IMG/VR virus record: IMGVR_UViG_3300042868_013845
Coordinates: 1 to 64,000 of that record
DNA length: 64,000 nt
Direction: 5' to 3' (one strand)
Source: a virus
Shown here: piece after piece, positions 1-8,700 of the stretch
Layout of the letters: every line of letters begins with the position of its first letter
Position numbering within the stretch: the first letter of the stretch is position 1
Notes under the pieces: model-generated
Told to the model about the DNA's origin: nothing
The model's database searches: none
What the model saw: the letters and a program-made list of their open reading frames with translations, nothing else
Position numbers and translations under genes: made by a program

Positions 1-39
1 TATTTTAGGGCCCCCCTGGGGGGGGGGGGTGGCCTCAGA

Positions 40-2394
40 TTAGGCAATCAAGTCCATGAACTTGCTCAGAAAGACTCTGCTTTGCTTTTTGTTAGCAGTA
101 TGCTTCGTGAACTCCTTGGCGAGCTTATTACGACCTGCGCGGCTTTCAGTATCAAGATCATTGATGCTAAAGTCATCATCAGAGAGTTTAACTCCAGCAC
201 GAGCATCTCTCATTACGAAATAGCCGTCAAAGCCAAAGCCGCCGGGGATGTAGATCACTCGATCGTTTGAGCTTCGCGAAGCCTTCATAGTCTTTTCATA
301 GGCAGCATAGCCTTCGCCCCAAGTTTTGATATTTGGAAAAGCTGCGCTGCTGATATATGCATTAGAGCATTTGGCAACAAGATCTTTTTTGCCGCTAGTT
401 GGCAAGAAGAAGCAAAGAGTGTTACTACCAGTGATTGCTTTAAAGTCGAGCATCAATTGACTTGCCATTGCTGCTTTATCTGTAGCTTCGCGGACAAAAA
501 GCTTAATCTCTTTCTTATGCCAAACAAAGTTGCGGTGAGTGCTATAATTACGTGGGTCTTTGTTATGCATTGCATCATTGCCGTTTCTAATAACACTGAG
601 ACAGCCACCATCGCCATCGCTGATGAAAATTGTGTTCATTTTTTGCACTCCAGTTTTTGCTCTAAAGGCATTGACAAGATGTGCAGCAATGATTGTTGTT
701 TCATAGAGAGGTGTGCCGCTCATAGTTTCGATTTGGCTGCCAAAGATATTGCTACGACCACATGCATAGTTAAGAAAAAGCTCTTTGCTTGCAGTTTCAA
801 ATTCGACTTTATTGAGTTCACTATTAAGCAGCTCATTGACCGTCGCCCAGCGAAAATCAATATTTTCACCAATGCGAGATTCACGATAGTCAAAATTTTC
901 ATTGATCGAAGTAAAGCCATAGACAACAAATGGAACACCAACTGCTTTGCAAAACCATACAAGCTCAAATGTTTGTTTGACAACATCAGATATTACTCCA
1001 TCCATGCTTTGGCTGCAATCGAGAAAGAATGCCATGCCGTGGCTTTTGCTTTGGGCGAGGCGAGATACGCTCTTGAAGATTTGATCGTCATAGCGATAAG
1101 CATGCAATTTGTTAACATTGATCTGACCAGTTGTGGCAAGAGTAGCTCTGCTATATTCAAAGGCACTCTTTTTGCGTTCGAACTCTTTGACAAAGCTTGC
1201 TACACTTGACTTGCTGCTCTTTTTGAATTCGTTCCAACGCTCATTCAGTATGGAATCAGTCATAGCATCGTTATAGCGACTCAAGCGTTTTTGACGCTCA
1301 GCGCGAACTTTCTTGAGATCATTGACACATTTTGCAAAGTCAGATGGGATTGGAGTATTGATTGCGCTATAGTCATTGCCTTCATGAAGCTTATTCAATT
1401 CATTGTCAAAGCTTTGTTGTGTAGAACAGCTATAGTCAGCTTCTTTAGATTCTTTGGCTTGAGTTTGAGATTTGACACTTTTGCCAGCGCCTGAGATTTC
1501 GGACTTATCATCTTGAGGCTGAGTAACTTGATTTTGATCTTTTGAATCATCTTGAGAATCTTCAGTAGTAGAGTCAGCTTCAGTGCCATCATCGGCCTCG
1601 TCAGAATTCTCAGAGCTTTCAGATTTTTCGCTCTTGGATTCTTCAGAAGCTTTATCACTCTCAGAGCTTTGGCTATCTTCATCAGCAGGACTGCTATGGC
1701 TTAGATTTTGAGTGTCGTCGTCACCTTCTTCGTTGCTTTGTTCATCGCAGCTTGGAGATGGCATATCGTCTTGAGAGTCTTGCTGCTGAGCAATTTGAGG
1801 ATTGACGTTTTTGTCACTCTCGATAAATTCAATGATGCGACCGCAAACTTCAAGCACATCGCTCCATGTTTGTGTAGCGTCACACGCTTCAAAGAGAGCT
1901 TGCTCTTCAGCAGAGAATGCAACGCTTACTTGATCGCGCAGCTTGCCTTTAAGATTAAGGCGATCGAGAAAGCTCATTTGAGAAAGATCTTTGCCTGCGA
2001 TCTTGAAAAAGTCTTGTTTCAAGAAGTAGCTATAACCATTGCGAAATGGACTAATAAGTCCTGGGAAATTTTCTTGCACAAGACGCTCGATGCGAATATC
2101 TTCGACAATATTTGCAATGTCAAAGGGTGCATCAGGATAGCTCTTCATAAACTCAGTGTGTGCATCTACTGGAGTATGCAGCGCATGGCCAACTTCGTGG
2201 CCTACTAGCAAGTCAGCTACATTCTTATCAGAGATGTTCCAACTTGGCAGGCCGAGGATTCGGTTTTTGACATCAAAGAAAGCGGTGCTATAATTGCCTA
2301 CGCGAATCATGATGTTTTCTTTAGCCAAGAGACGAGCGAGTTGCTTTTGGCTCTCGAAGTTGAAGGCTGGTTGTTTTGAGGTGGTGTTGCTCAC
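40..2394 (-). CDS. CobT-like protein: N-terminal HExxH metallopeptidase-like domain, acidic linker, C-terminal vWA domain
   Basis: GHEVGHAL and NIVEDIRIE motifs; MIDAS DCSQS, later SGTPL and ISDGDG; typical partner of CobS/MoxR AAA ATPases in T4-like phages; GTG start. Confidence 0.75.
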   Translation of the reverse strand: MSNTTSKQPAFNFESQKQLARLLAKENIMIRVGNYSTAFFDVKNRILGLPSWNISDKNVADLLVGHEVGHALHTPVDAHTEFMKSYPDAPFDIANIVEDIRIERLVQENFPGLISPFRNGYSYFLKQDFFKIAGKDLSQMSFLDRLNLKGKLRDQVSVAFSAEEQALFEACDATQTWSDVLEVCGRIIEFIESDKNVNPQIAQQQDSQDDMPSPSCDEQSNEEGDDDTQNLSHSSPADEDSQSSESDKASEESKSEKSESSENSDEADDGTEADSTTEDSQDDSKDQNQVTQPQDDKSEISGAGKSVKSQTQAKESKEADYSCSTQQSFDNELNKLHEGNDYSAINTPIPSDFAKCVNDLKKVRAERQKRLSRYNDAMTDSILNERWNEFKKSSKSSVASFVKEFERKKSAFEYSRATLATTGQINVNKLHAYRYDDQIFKSVSRLAQSKSHGMAFFLDCSQSMDGVISDVVKQTFELVWFCKAVGVPFVVYGFTSINENFDYRESRIGENIDFRWATVNELLNSELNKVEFETASKELFLNYACGRSNIFGSQIETMSGTPLYETTIIAAHLVNAFRAKTGVQKMNTIFISDGDGGCLSVIRNGNDAMHNKDPRNYSTHRNFVWHKKEIKLFVREATDKAAMASQLMLDFKAITGSNTLCFFLPTSGKKDLVAKCSNAYISSAAFPNIKTWGEGYAAYEKTMKASRSSNDRVIYIPGGFGFDGYFVMRDARAGVKLSDDDFSINDLDTESRAGRNKLAKEFTKHTANKKQSRVFLSKFMDLIA

Positions 2395-2400
2395 AAGGAA

Positions 2401-2430
2401 ATAGTACCATATTTTGAGTGGAAAGTAAAC
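2401..2430 (-). promoter_or_regulatory. T4-type early (sigma70) promoter for the CobT-like gene
   Basis: GTTTACT-17bp-TACTAT with TGG extended -10 and phased A-tracts upstream (2431-2470); GTG start 6 nt after the -10 box. Confidence 0.75.
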
Positions 2431-2502
2431 AAAAAAGTGATATTTTTTTCACTTTTTTTCACTTTTTTCTCCAAGCTATGATGGGCATGAGAGAAAATAT
2501 TT

Positions 2503-2527
2503 AGGGGCCCCCTGCCGGGAGGCCCCT
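2503..2527. terminator. GC-rich stem-loop between the gp46 3' end and the early promoter
   Basis: AGGGGCC-CCC-tgcc-GGG-a-GGCCCCT; related sequence at 1-35. Confidence 0.5.
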
Positions 2528-2567
2528 TGGTTTTTATAAAAGCGCGCACCCAGGCGGGGGGAGACAC

Positions 2568-4292
2568 CTACTCAGTCTCAGACTTGAGCCTCGTGAAGTT
2601 TTTCACCTTTTCAAACTCAAGCTTACGCTCAAATTTGCCATCTTGCATCTCAGCATTGTGTGAGATAACAAAGACTCGTGTGCTCGGATCAAGTGTCTCC
2701 ATAATCTTAAAGAGATTCTCGATGCCCTCACCATCCAAACTGCCATCAAATACCTCATCAAGCATGAGTAGATTGGTGTTTGCACTATTCTTCATCTTTG
2801 AGATTTGTCTCCAGGCAAAAAGCAAGCTTAGATCAATACGTGCTCTCTCGCCTTCACTAAAGCTTGCATAGCTAAAGTCATCGCGATAGCGACTACGCAG
2901 AGTCTCGGTAAAATTCTCATCAAGCTCAAAGCTTACGAAAAAGTCAAGAACTTGCAAATAGTTATTGATCAGCTGATTCATGACTGGCAGATATTGACGA
3001 ATAATCTTGGTTTTAATGCCAGTGTCCTTTAGCATCTCTGCAACTACATCATTATAGTGGCGATTGTCTTGTAGATTACTTTTAAGATCAGAGAGATTAT
3101 CACGTTGACTCTTTAGAGTCTCAAGTTCAGATTGCGAGCTTTCAAGCGCAACAGCATCAGCAATACTATCTCTGGACTTTTTACACTCGGCCAATCTCTT
3201 TTCAAGATTTTGTAAATGCAAACTATTTGCATGAATAGCATTTTGTAATTTAGCCAATTCATTTAATCGATCAGTGAGAGCTCGAGCTCTCTCTGCAGCC
3301 TGTGAAATTGTTTCAGTAATGCTTGTATCACCAGCTTGTAGTTCACTTGCTTTGTGTGTGCATATCTGCAGTGCTTTTTCACGAGTCTCAGTAGAGATGT
3401 CCTGAGTGCAAGTAGGGCAATGTGTATGTTCAGAATAAAATGTGCTTTGCTCTTGCAGATCATTGTATTTTATTTTGATTTGAGTTTTTAAACCCTGCAA
3501 CTCTGCAAGCTTTTCACGCTGCTTATCAAGTTTGATCTTTACACTGGGAGCATGAAGATTATATGTTTGTAGCTTGCTTGAGTTTTCCTCCAGCACACGA
3601 GCTATTTCGGAGTCGATATCTGCAATCTCAATATCAAGTTTATCAGAGTTATCACCACTAATCTTTTGTAGCTTTTCAATATGACCATGCTGCAATCGCA
3701 CTCGCTCACGCAAACTCTCTAATTGACTCTCAGTATAGCGCAGCTGCTCTTTAAGCTTGCCTTGATTTTCTTTGAGTAGCGTATTCATTTTACTAAAGAT
3801 GCTAATGTCAAGCAAATCTTCAATAACTGTCCGACGCTGGCCTTGAGGCAGCTGCATAAATGGTATAAAGTTACCACTGCCAAGAACAATGACCTGGTGA
3901 AAGCTCTTATGATTAAGTTTCAAGATGTTTGTCTCAAGAATCTTTTGATAATCACGATTATGTGATTCCTGATTAAGCATCTCTCCGTCAAGCCAGATCT
4001 CAAAGATATTTGGTTTTTGCCCTCTTAGAATTCGATATTGTTTGGTGCCGCAACGAAACCATATTTCAACGAGCAGACCTTTGCCATTGATGCTATTCAC
4101 AAGCTGAGTTTTGTTAATGCCTCGGTGAGGCTTGCCAAAAAGTACAAAGCTAATTGCATCCAACAGCAAACTCTTGCCACTGCCATTTTTTCCAACAATA
4201 AGCGTTGATCTATATCCCTCAAGATCAACCTCGATAGGAGAAGTACCAACGCTTAGGAAATTTACATATTTAATTTTTTCGAAAATGATCAT
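2568..4292 (-). CDS. gp46: Recombination endonuclease ATPase subunit (Rad50/SbcC-like)
   Basis: Walker A GKNGSGKS, CPTC zinc hook, signature FSEGE, Walker B LLMLDEVFD, ISH. Confidence 0.97.
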   Translation of the reverse strand: MIIFEKIKYVNFLSVGTSPIEVDLEGYRSTLIVGKNGSGKSLLLDAISFVLFGKPHRGINKTQLVNSINGKGLLVEIWFRCGTKQYRILRGQKPNIFEIWLDGEMLNQESHNRDYQKILETNILKLNHKSFHQVIVLGSGNFIPFMQLPQGQRRTVIEDLLDISIFSKMNTLLKENQGKLKEQLRYTESQLESLRERVRLQHGHIEKLQKISGDNSDKLDIEIADIDSEIARVLEENSSKLQTYNLHAPSVKIKLDKQREKLAELQGLKTQIKIKYNDLQEQSTFYSEHTHCPTCTQDISTETREKALQICTHKASELQAGDTSITETISQAAERARALTDRLNELAKLQNAIHANSLHLQNLEKRLAECKKSRDSIADAVALESSQSELETLKSQRDNLSDLKSNLQDNRHYNDVVAEMLKDTGIKTKIIRQYLPVMNQLINNYLQVLDFFVSFELDENFTETLRSRYRDDFSYASFSEGERARIDLSLLFAWRQISKMKNSANTNLLMLDEVFDGSLDGEGIENLFKIMETLDPSTRVFVISHNAEMQDGKFERKLEFEKVKNFTRLKSETE

Positions 4293-5374
4293 AGACTATC
4301 AAGGGCTTGGGCTTCAACGTAAAGTTCTTGCAATAATGTTTTAATTCGATCTCTATCAAGATCTGTTTCAACAGCATCTACATAGTTATTAAGTAGACTA
4401 ACTGTGTCTGTTGCAACAGTAGATTCATCGATCGTTACATTGCTTGCATTATATTCATCAAAATTTTCAACTGTCTTTACTTCAAATGGATTTGCAGCTT
4501 GTATTGCATCAACGAATTTATCAAAGAGATATGGATTCTTTTTAACTCGCACAACAAGCTTAACATAAGTTGATGTTAGTGCACTAAAATCATATTCAGC
4601 AAGATCAGCATAGATGTTATCATCTGCATCGCTATCATCATAAACAAGCTTATTGAAAAGAGTAATTGGATTGCGAATTGCATGCAACTCTCGAGTCTCA
4701 CTGTCAAGAATGTGAAAATATTTTGGATCATCACAATCTGCCCATGTTAATTCATAGGGTGTGCCAAGATAATGTATATTGCCTTTGTCACTCTTTGTGT
4801 GATAGTGTCCACTTAACACACTCTCATAGCGAGAGAAAAGTTCTGCATTCATGCCATGACTCGCAGCTGGCATGCCTTTCATCATTTCAAATCCAGCTAG
4901 CTCAAGATGTGCACCAATTATTGGAGCTTGGGCAGTTTGTATAAACTCAATGCTGCTAGCATAATTCTCTGGGTTAATCCATGGCAGCAAGGCAATCTTT
5001 AAGCCATCATAATCCAAAATTGTTGGATTCATGTGTAGCTTAATAACATCGGCATGAAGCATGACAATCTCTTGCAAACTACAAACATCGTTCGTACTCT
5101 TGTAATAGACATCATGATTACCTGGAATGATATTCATAGTCATGCCATATTCACGAAGTTTTTCAACGAAATTGGCTTTGTTTGCAGCCAATGCTTTGAT
5201 ATTCGTAAATTTACGATGATCATAATAATCACCTAGATGCAGGATTTCAGTGATGCCTTGTTTTTTACATTCAGGAAAAAAGACTTCATTATAGAATCTC
5301 TTTTCATTATTGATAAAGACATCACTGCCGTTTTTAATACCACTATGGGTATCTGTGATAATTGCGATTTTCAT
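4289..5374 (-). CDS. gp47: Recombination endonuclease nuclease subunit (Mre11/SbcD-like)
   Basis: Metallophosphoesterase motifs DTH, GDYYD, GNHD, SGHYH; overlaps the gp46 start. Confidence 0.97.
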   Translation of the reverse strand: MKIAIITDTHSGIKNGSDVFINNEKRFYNEVFFPECKKQGITEILHLGDYYDHRKFTNIKALAANKANFVEKLREYGMTMNIIPGNHDVYYKSTNDVCSLQEIVMLHADVIKLHMNPTILDYDGLKIALLPWINPENYASSIEFIQTAQAPIIGAHLELAGFEMMKGMPAASHGMNAELFSRYESVLSGHYHTKSDKGNIHYLGTPYELTWADCDDPKYFHILDSETRELHAIRNPITLFNKLVYDDSDADDNIYADLAEYDFSALTSTYVKLVVRVKKNPYLFDKFVDAIQAANPFEVKTVENFDEYNASNVTIDESTVATDTVSLLNNYVDAVETDLDRDRIKTLLQELYVEAQALDSL

Positions 5375-6015
5375 AGGGCTGCAAAAAAGTCACTCAATGG
5401 ACCAAGTTCTGGAGTTTTTTTAGCTGGTCGACCTCTTTTCTTTTTAGTAGGCAATGGCTCATGATCCTTAACACTGCAAAGATCATCTTTATAAAATGCT
5501 CCATCAAGTTTATGACGAGCGCGTTCAATCATGCTTTCTCCGATCTGACCGCTGTCATCACCAAAGTCCGCAAATGATTCGAGACTTGAACCTTCAATGA
5601 GTTTTTGTTTAATCTCCGTTTGTTTTTTCTCTTTTTCAATGCGTCTTAAAAAGGCATAATAGCTGATTTGTGTAAAATAGCTAAATGCATTTGGTGTGCC
5701 TGTTCGAGTAGGAGCATCAATATTAAAGTTATTGACAACCTTAATACAATTTTCTACTGCATCCATAACCATATCATCGCGATAGCTATAGTTCATGAAG
5801 TTTGGACTTCGTGATAACCCGCTAGCAATCTGATAAATCCCCAATGCAATATAGTCTGTAACTACAGGATCCTCCAAGCCAGTTGCTCGGGCAGTTTTAA
5901 CACTTTGAACATATGAGGCCAAAGCCAAACTAAGTTCTTTATTGTTAATGTAATCAGATCCTTCTTTTCTTTTACGTGTACTTTTTACTTTTTTTGGTTG
6001 ATCTTCTTCAATCAT
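5371..6015 (-). CDS. gp55: Late-transcription sigma factor
   Basis: YINNKEL, PNFMNYSYRDDMVMDAVENC, NAFSYFTQISYYAFLRRI; C-terminal LSDFF clamp-binding-like motif; start placed at ATG 6015 because the TTG at 6039 lies inside the promoter. Confidence 0.95.
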   Translation of the reverse strand: MIEEDQPKKVKSTRKRKEGSDYINNKELSLALASYVQSVKTARATGLEDPVVTDYIALGIYQIASGLSRSPNFMNYSYRDDMVMDAVENCIKVVNNFNIDAPTRTGTPNAFSYFTQISYYAFLRRIEKEKKQTEIKQKLIEGSSLESFADFGDDSGQIGESMIERARHKLDGAFYKDDLCSVKDHEPLPTKKKRGRPAKKTPELGPLSDFFAAL

Positions 6016-6022
6016 GCTATCT

Positions 6023-6051
6023 AGTATACCACAAAACAAAAGTTTGTAAAC
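6023..6051 (-). promoter_or_regulatory. Early promoter for gp55-gp47-gp46
   Basis: GTTTACA-16bp-TATACT with TGG extension; ATG 7 nt downstream. Confidence 0.75.
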
Positions 6052-6073
6052 AATTATTTTTATGAATTTTTTG

Positions 6074-6143
6074 GTTTACAAACAATCAGATTCATGTATA
6101 ATAGGTGCCATGCACCTTCGGCTGAATGAAATGAAGCCGATAG
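6074..6143 (+). repeat. Copy 1 of a duplicated promoter + short transcript cassette
   Basis: GTTTACAAAC...TGTATAATAGGTGCCATGCACCTTCGGCTGAATGAAATGAAGCCGATAG; 6095-6143 matches 18492-18540 with one mismatch. Confidence 0.9.
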
Positions 6144-6178
6144 ATGATGCTGATTGTTTGCTCTTAAAATATCTATAA
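6110..6178 (+). CDS. Putative leaderless micro-ORF, 22 aa (MHLRLNEMKPIDDADCLLLKYL)
   Basis: ATG 7 nt after TATAAT and 35 nt after the start of TTTACA, the same geometry as three real genes in this window. Confidence 0.4.
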   Translation: MHLRLNEMKPIDDADCLLLKYL

Positions 6179-6229
6179 GAATAATTCTTATAACCAATAA
6201 AGCTTTTCTTTAAGAAAGCCGAATTAGGT

Positions 6230-7738
6230 TTAGATCTTAACTGTATATATTTTGTAATTAAAGCCTTCTTTGTCATAGATGCCAACACGCTCTGCTCCAT
6301 GCTTTAAACTAAAGTTTTTCTTTTTCTTCCATGAGAAGTTATCGCTAATATCATAGACTGTAGTAGCTTGACCATTATCGCTCAACCGCAAGCCTCGGCC
6401 AATACTTTGTAGGATTTTAATTTGACTTTTAGTGGGAGCAGCAAAAATAATATTATGCAGATTGCGTATATTAATGCCTGTACTAAATGTAGCACTACTT
6501 GCGACAATAATTGCATTTGATTCGCTCTCTACTTCTCCACGTATGCTTTCGCGAACATCAGTATCTGTTTCGCCACTGACATAATAGATCTTGCGATCTG
6601 GCTCTGCTGCAACCAATGCGGCATGCAATGGCTTGCCATGTTTTACAACATAGTTGAAAATTACAAGTGTATTGCCTTTTAAGCCTCTAGCTAGATTAAC
6701 AATAAACCTATTGCGAGCAGAGTGGGAAATAATGACATCAATCTCACTAGCATAATCCAGTTTGCTTACCGCCTTTTTAACTTCATCATCATAATCAAGC
6801 ACAATGCAATGTATAGTCAACTCTGCAAGTGTTTTGCTCTCCATAAGAGCCTTTGTTGTTGTGACTTTAAATATTGGTCCAAAATGTCCAACAAGAACTC
6901 GCTCATTGCATTTGCTGCCATCAAGTGTGCCCGTTGTGCCAATGCGATAGCTTGCATTGGTTAGCGTATTCATAATGCTATTGAGACTCTTTGCTTTAAA
7001 CTGATGTGCTTCATCTCCAACAATCATGCCATATTTTTTGAACCAACTCTCAGGACATGTAATTGCGCTCTGCCATGTTGTGATGGTTACGCGAGTTCCA
7101 GCAACTTCTTTTTCTTTGCCGCTATAGATGCGATGCACTAATTTTTCAGAATCAAATTCAGAGTCATGAGTGCTATAGTCAGAGAAATCACTGGCGAGCT
7201 GTTCAACAAGACTAGTAGTTGGCACAACAACAAGTGCTTTTTCACTTTCATGATCAATATACCAACGAAGCAGCATATAGATGATCAAGCTCTTACCGCT
7301 GCCAGTCGGACTTAAGACAAGTGTTCTTCCGCTAGTCAAGCTTTGTACAACTGCTTCAATTTGATAATCATGAGGAGTTATGCTATTTCCTCGAGCAGAC
7401 AGATTTAATTTTGAAATATAGTCAATCACCTCTTGTCGAGAAGGCAATGGTGCTCGCAAACTATCATCATATTCGATTTTATAATTACGCTCTTTTGCAA
7501 ATTTTGCAACCTCTCCAATTAAACCATAAGGCAGTGTATGCGATCTCAAATTAAATAGTCTAATTTTTCCATCCCATAGTTTGTTACGATACGCAGGTAT
7601 GAACTTATAGCCCTCAGCATAAAATGTAAAATGCTCAGCGAGCTCCATAAGTGCGCCAGTATCAGCGCATCTGACAAAGATCTCTGCTTCATTCTTTTTA
7701 GTTAGCTTAAACACCTGCTTGGAATTTCTTAAAGTCAA
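6230..7738 (-). CDS. uvsW: SF2 DNA/RNA-DNA helicase
   Basis: WDGKIRLF, SPTGSGKS, GDEAH, GTTGT, QSIGRGLR; the true start may be the GTG overlapping the uvsY stop. Confidence 0.97.
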   Translation of the reverse strand: MTLRNSKQVFKLTKKNEAEIFVRCADTGALMELAEHFTFYAEGYKFIPAYRNKLWDGKIRLFNLRSHTLPYGLIGEVAKFAKERNYKIEYDDSLRAPLPSRQEVIDYISKLNLSARGNSITPHDYQIEAVVQSLTSGRTLVLSPTGSGKSLIIYMLLRWYIDHESEKALVVVPTTSLVEQLASDFSDYSTHDSEFDSEKLVHRIYSGKEKEVAGTRVTITTWQSAITCPESWFKKYGMIVGDEAHQFKAKSLNSIMNTLTNASYRIGTTGTLDGSKCNERVLVGHFGPIFKVTTTKALMESKTLAELTIHCIVLDYDDEVKKAVSKLDYASEIDVIISHSARNRFIVNLARGLKGNTLVIFNYVVKHGKPLHAALVAAEPDRKIYYVSGETDTDVRESIRGEVESESNAIIVASSATFSTGINIRNLHNIIFAAPTKSQIKILQSIGRGLRLSDNGQATTVYDISDNFSWKKKKNFSLKHGAERVGIYDKEGFNYKIYTVKI

Positions 7739-8153
7739 TTATGTTCTTGATCGTCTGGTGTCTCCAGCGTAGCGTATCAAGTATTTCTTTGCATGTATCA
7801 ACATACACACCTATATATTCACATGCCATTTTACACTCGCTGATATCAGTGTCTGTATTATAATACATATCCATATCACCCTTAAGTGGCTTTGACATGC
7901 CATGAAACGGATCATATATCCATCCTCTAGCATCCATTTCATCTTTTGTCATTTTGCCGTTATAATATAACCACTTGTCTTTTTTAAGTATAGCGAGATC
8001 GAGCTCTTTCTTTTTTAATCGTAGTTTAGCAATTGTATAGAATTCAAGATATTTGCTATGCAGCATTGCACATCGTAAGGTTGTTTCATCAAGTGCATGC
8101 TCACTAATCTTTGAATCATTTGCCCATTGTTTTAATAGCTCTTCAACATCCAT
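7707..8153 (-). CDS. uvsY: Recombination mediator protein
   Basis: LHSKYL, KWLYYNGK, TIKNIIDFKKFQAG; adjacent to uvsW. Confidence 0.9.
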   Translation of the reverse strand: MDVEELLKQWANDSKISEHALDETTLRCAMLHSKYLEFYTIAKLRLKKKELDLAILKKDKWLYYNGKMTKDEMDARGWIYDPFHGMSKPLKGDMDMYYNTDTDISECKMACEYIGVYVDTCKEILDTLRWRHQTIKNIIDFKKFQAGV

Positions 8154-8161
8154 GAAGTTAT

Positions 8162-8620
8162 CTATATAAGATCAAATTCGTCATAACTAAAGTTTATGTC
8201 GAAACTAGCATATCCAGGTTCACCGCTGCTATTAAATTCGATTGAACTCAAACTGGTTGGAAATGCATTAATAAAACGAAAGCCACGACTAATATTAAAA
8301 TGACTTGTTAGTGTTTCAATAGTAATGTCGGTTGTTTTAATATCAGATCCATCTTTTGCATTATGTTTAAGCCATGAGAAGCATTCAAGATATGCTGTCA
8401 TCTTTTCATCACAAAGTAGTGTGCAATTAAGAGCATCATATGTTAGACTATTGCCTGAAGTAAATCCTGGCAAATTTCTATATTTAGTTGATAACGCTTC
8501 GCTAGACACACCCGGTAAATTAACAGTGGTTGCAAAAAACGACAACTTTGGAAATTCATTTGTTCCACCAATTACTATTCGAAATTGTGAATTGGCTAAT
8601 AAACTATTATCAATGCTCAT
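8162..8620 (-). CDS. gp3: Tail tube terminator / tail completion protein
   Basis: Tube-fold motifs VNLPG, LTYDAL, FINAFPTSLSSIEF, FSY; position after gp23. Confidence 0.85.
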   Translation of the reverse strand: MSIDNSLLANSQFRIVIGGTNEFPKLSFFATTVNLPGVSSEALSTKYRNLPGFTSGNSLTYDALNCTLLCDEKMTAYLECFSWLKHNAKDGSDIKTTDITIETLTSHFNISRGFRFINAFPTSLSSIEFNSSGEPGYASFDINFSYDEFDLI

Positions 8621-8625
8621 GATAG

Positions 8626-8633
8626 TATTTATG
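8626..8633 (-). promoter_or_regulatory. Late promoter (CATAAATA) 5 nt before the gp3 ATG
   Basis: Match to the T4 late consensus TATAAATA. Confidence 0.65.
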
Positions 8634-8668
8634 CAAAATAAAGCAGGGGAGCTTTAAGCTCCCCTGCT
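8633..8668 (-). terminator. Rho-independent terminator after gp23
   Basis: 12-bp stem AGCAGGGGAGCT/AGCTCCCCTGCT followed by TTATTTT on the minus strand. Confidence 0.85.
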
Positions 8669-8700
8669 GGGTTCGTCCTAAGGTAAAGGGACGTTAAGGA

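Noticed and set aside
18-29. G12 run as a phase-variation switch
   Set aside because: Intergenic, at the window edge, and homopolymer length may be a sequencing error; nothing visible that it would control
6016-6039. N-terminal extension of gp55 (MFCGILDS) from TTG 6039
   Set aside because: Falls within the promoter spacer and -10 box; ATG 6015 fits the 35-nt rule
6110-6143. Hammerhead ribozyme or CRISPR repeat reading of the duplicated block
   Set aside because: CTGAATGA is not the CUGANGA core and the three stems are missing; only two copies 12 kb apart, with no spacer array
6076-6300. 74-aa minus-strand ORF over cassette copy 1
   Set aside because: Overlaps the uvsW end, has no counterpart at copy 2 and no recognisable motifs
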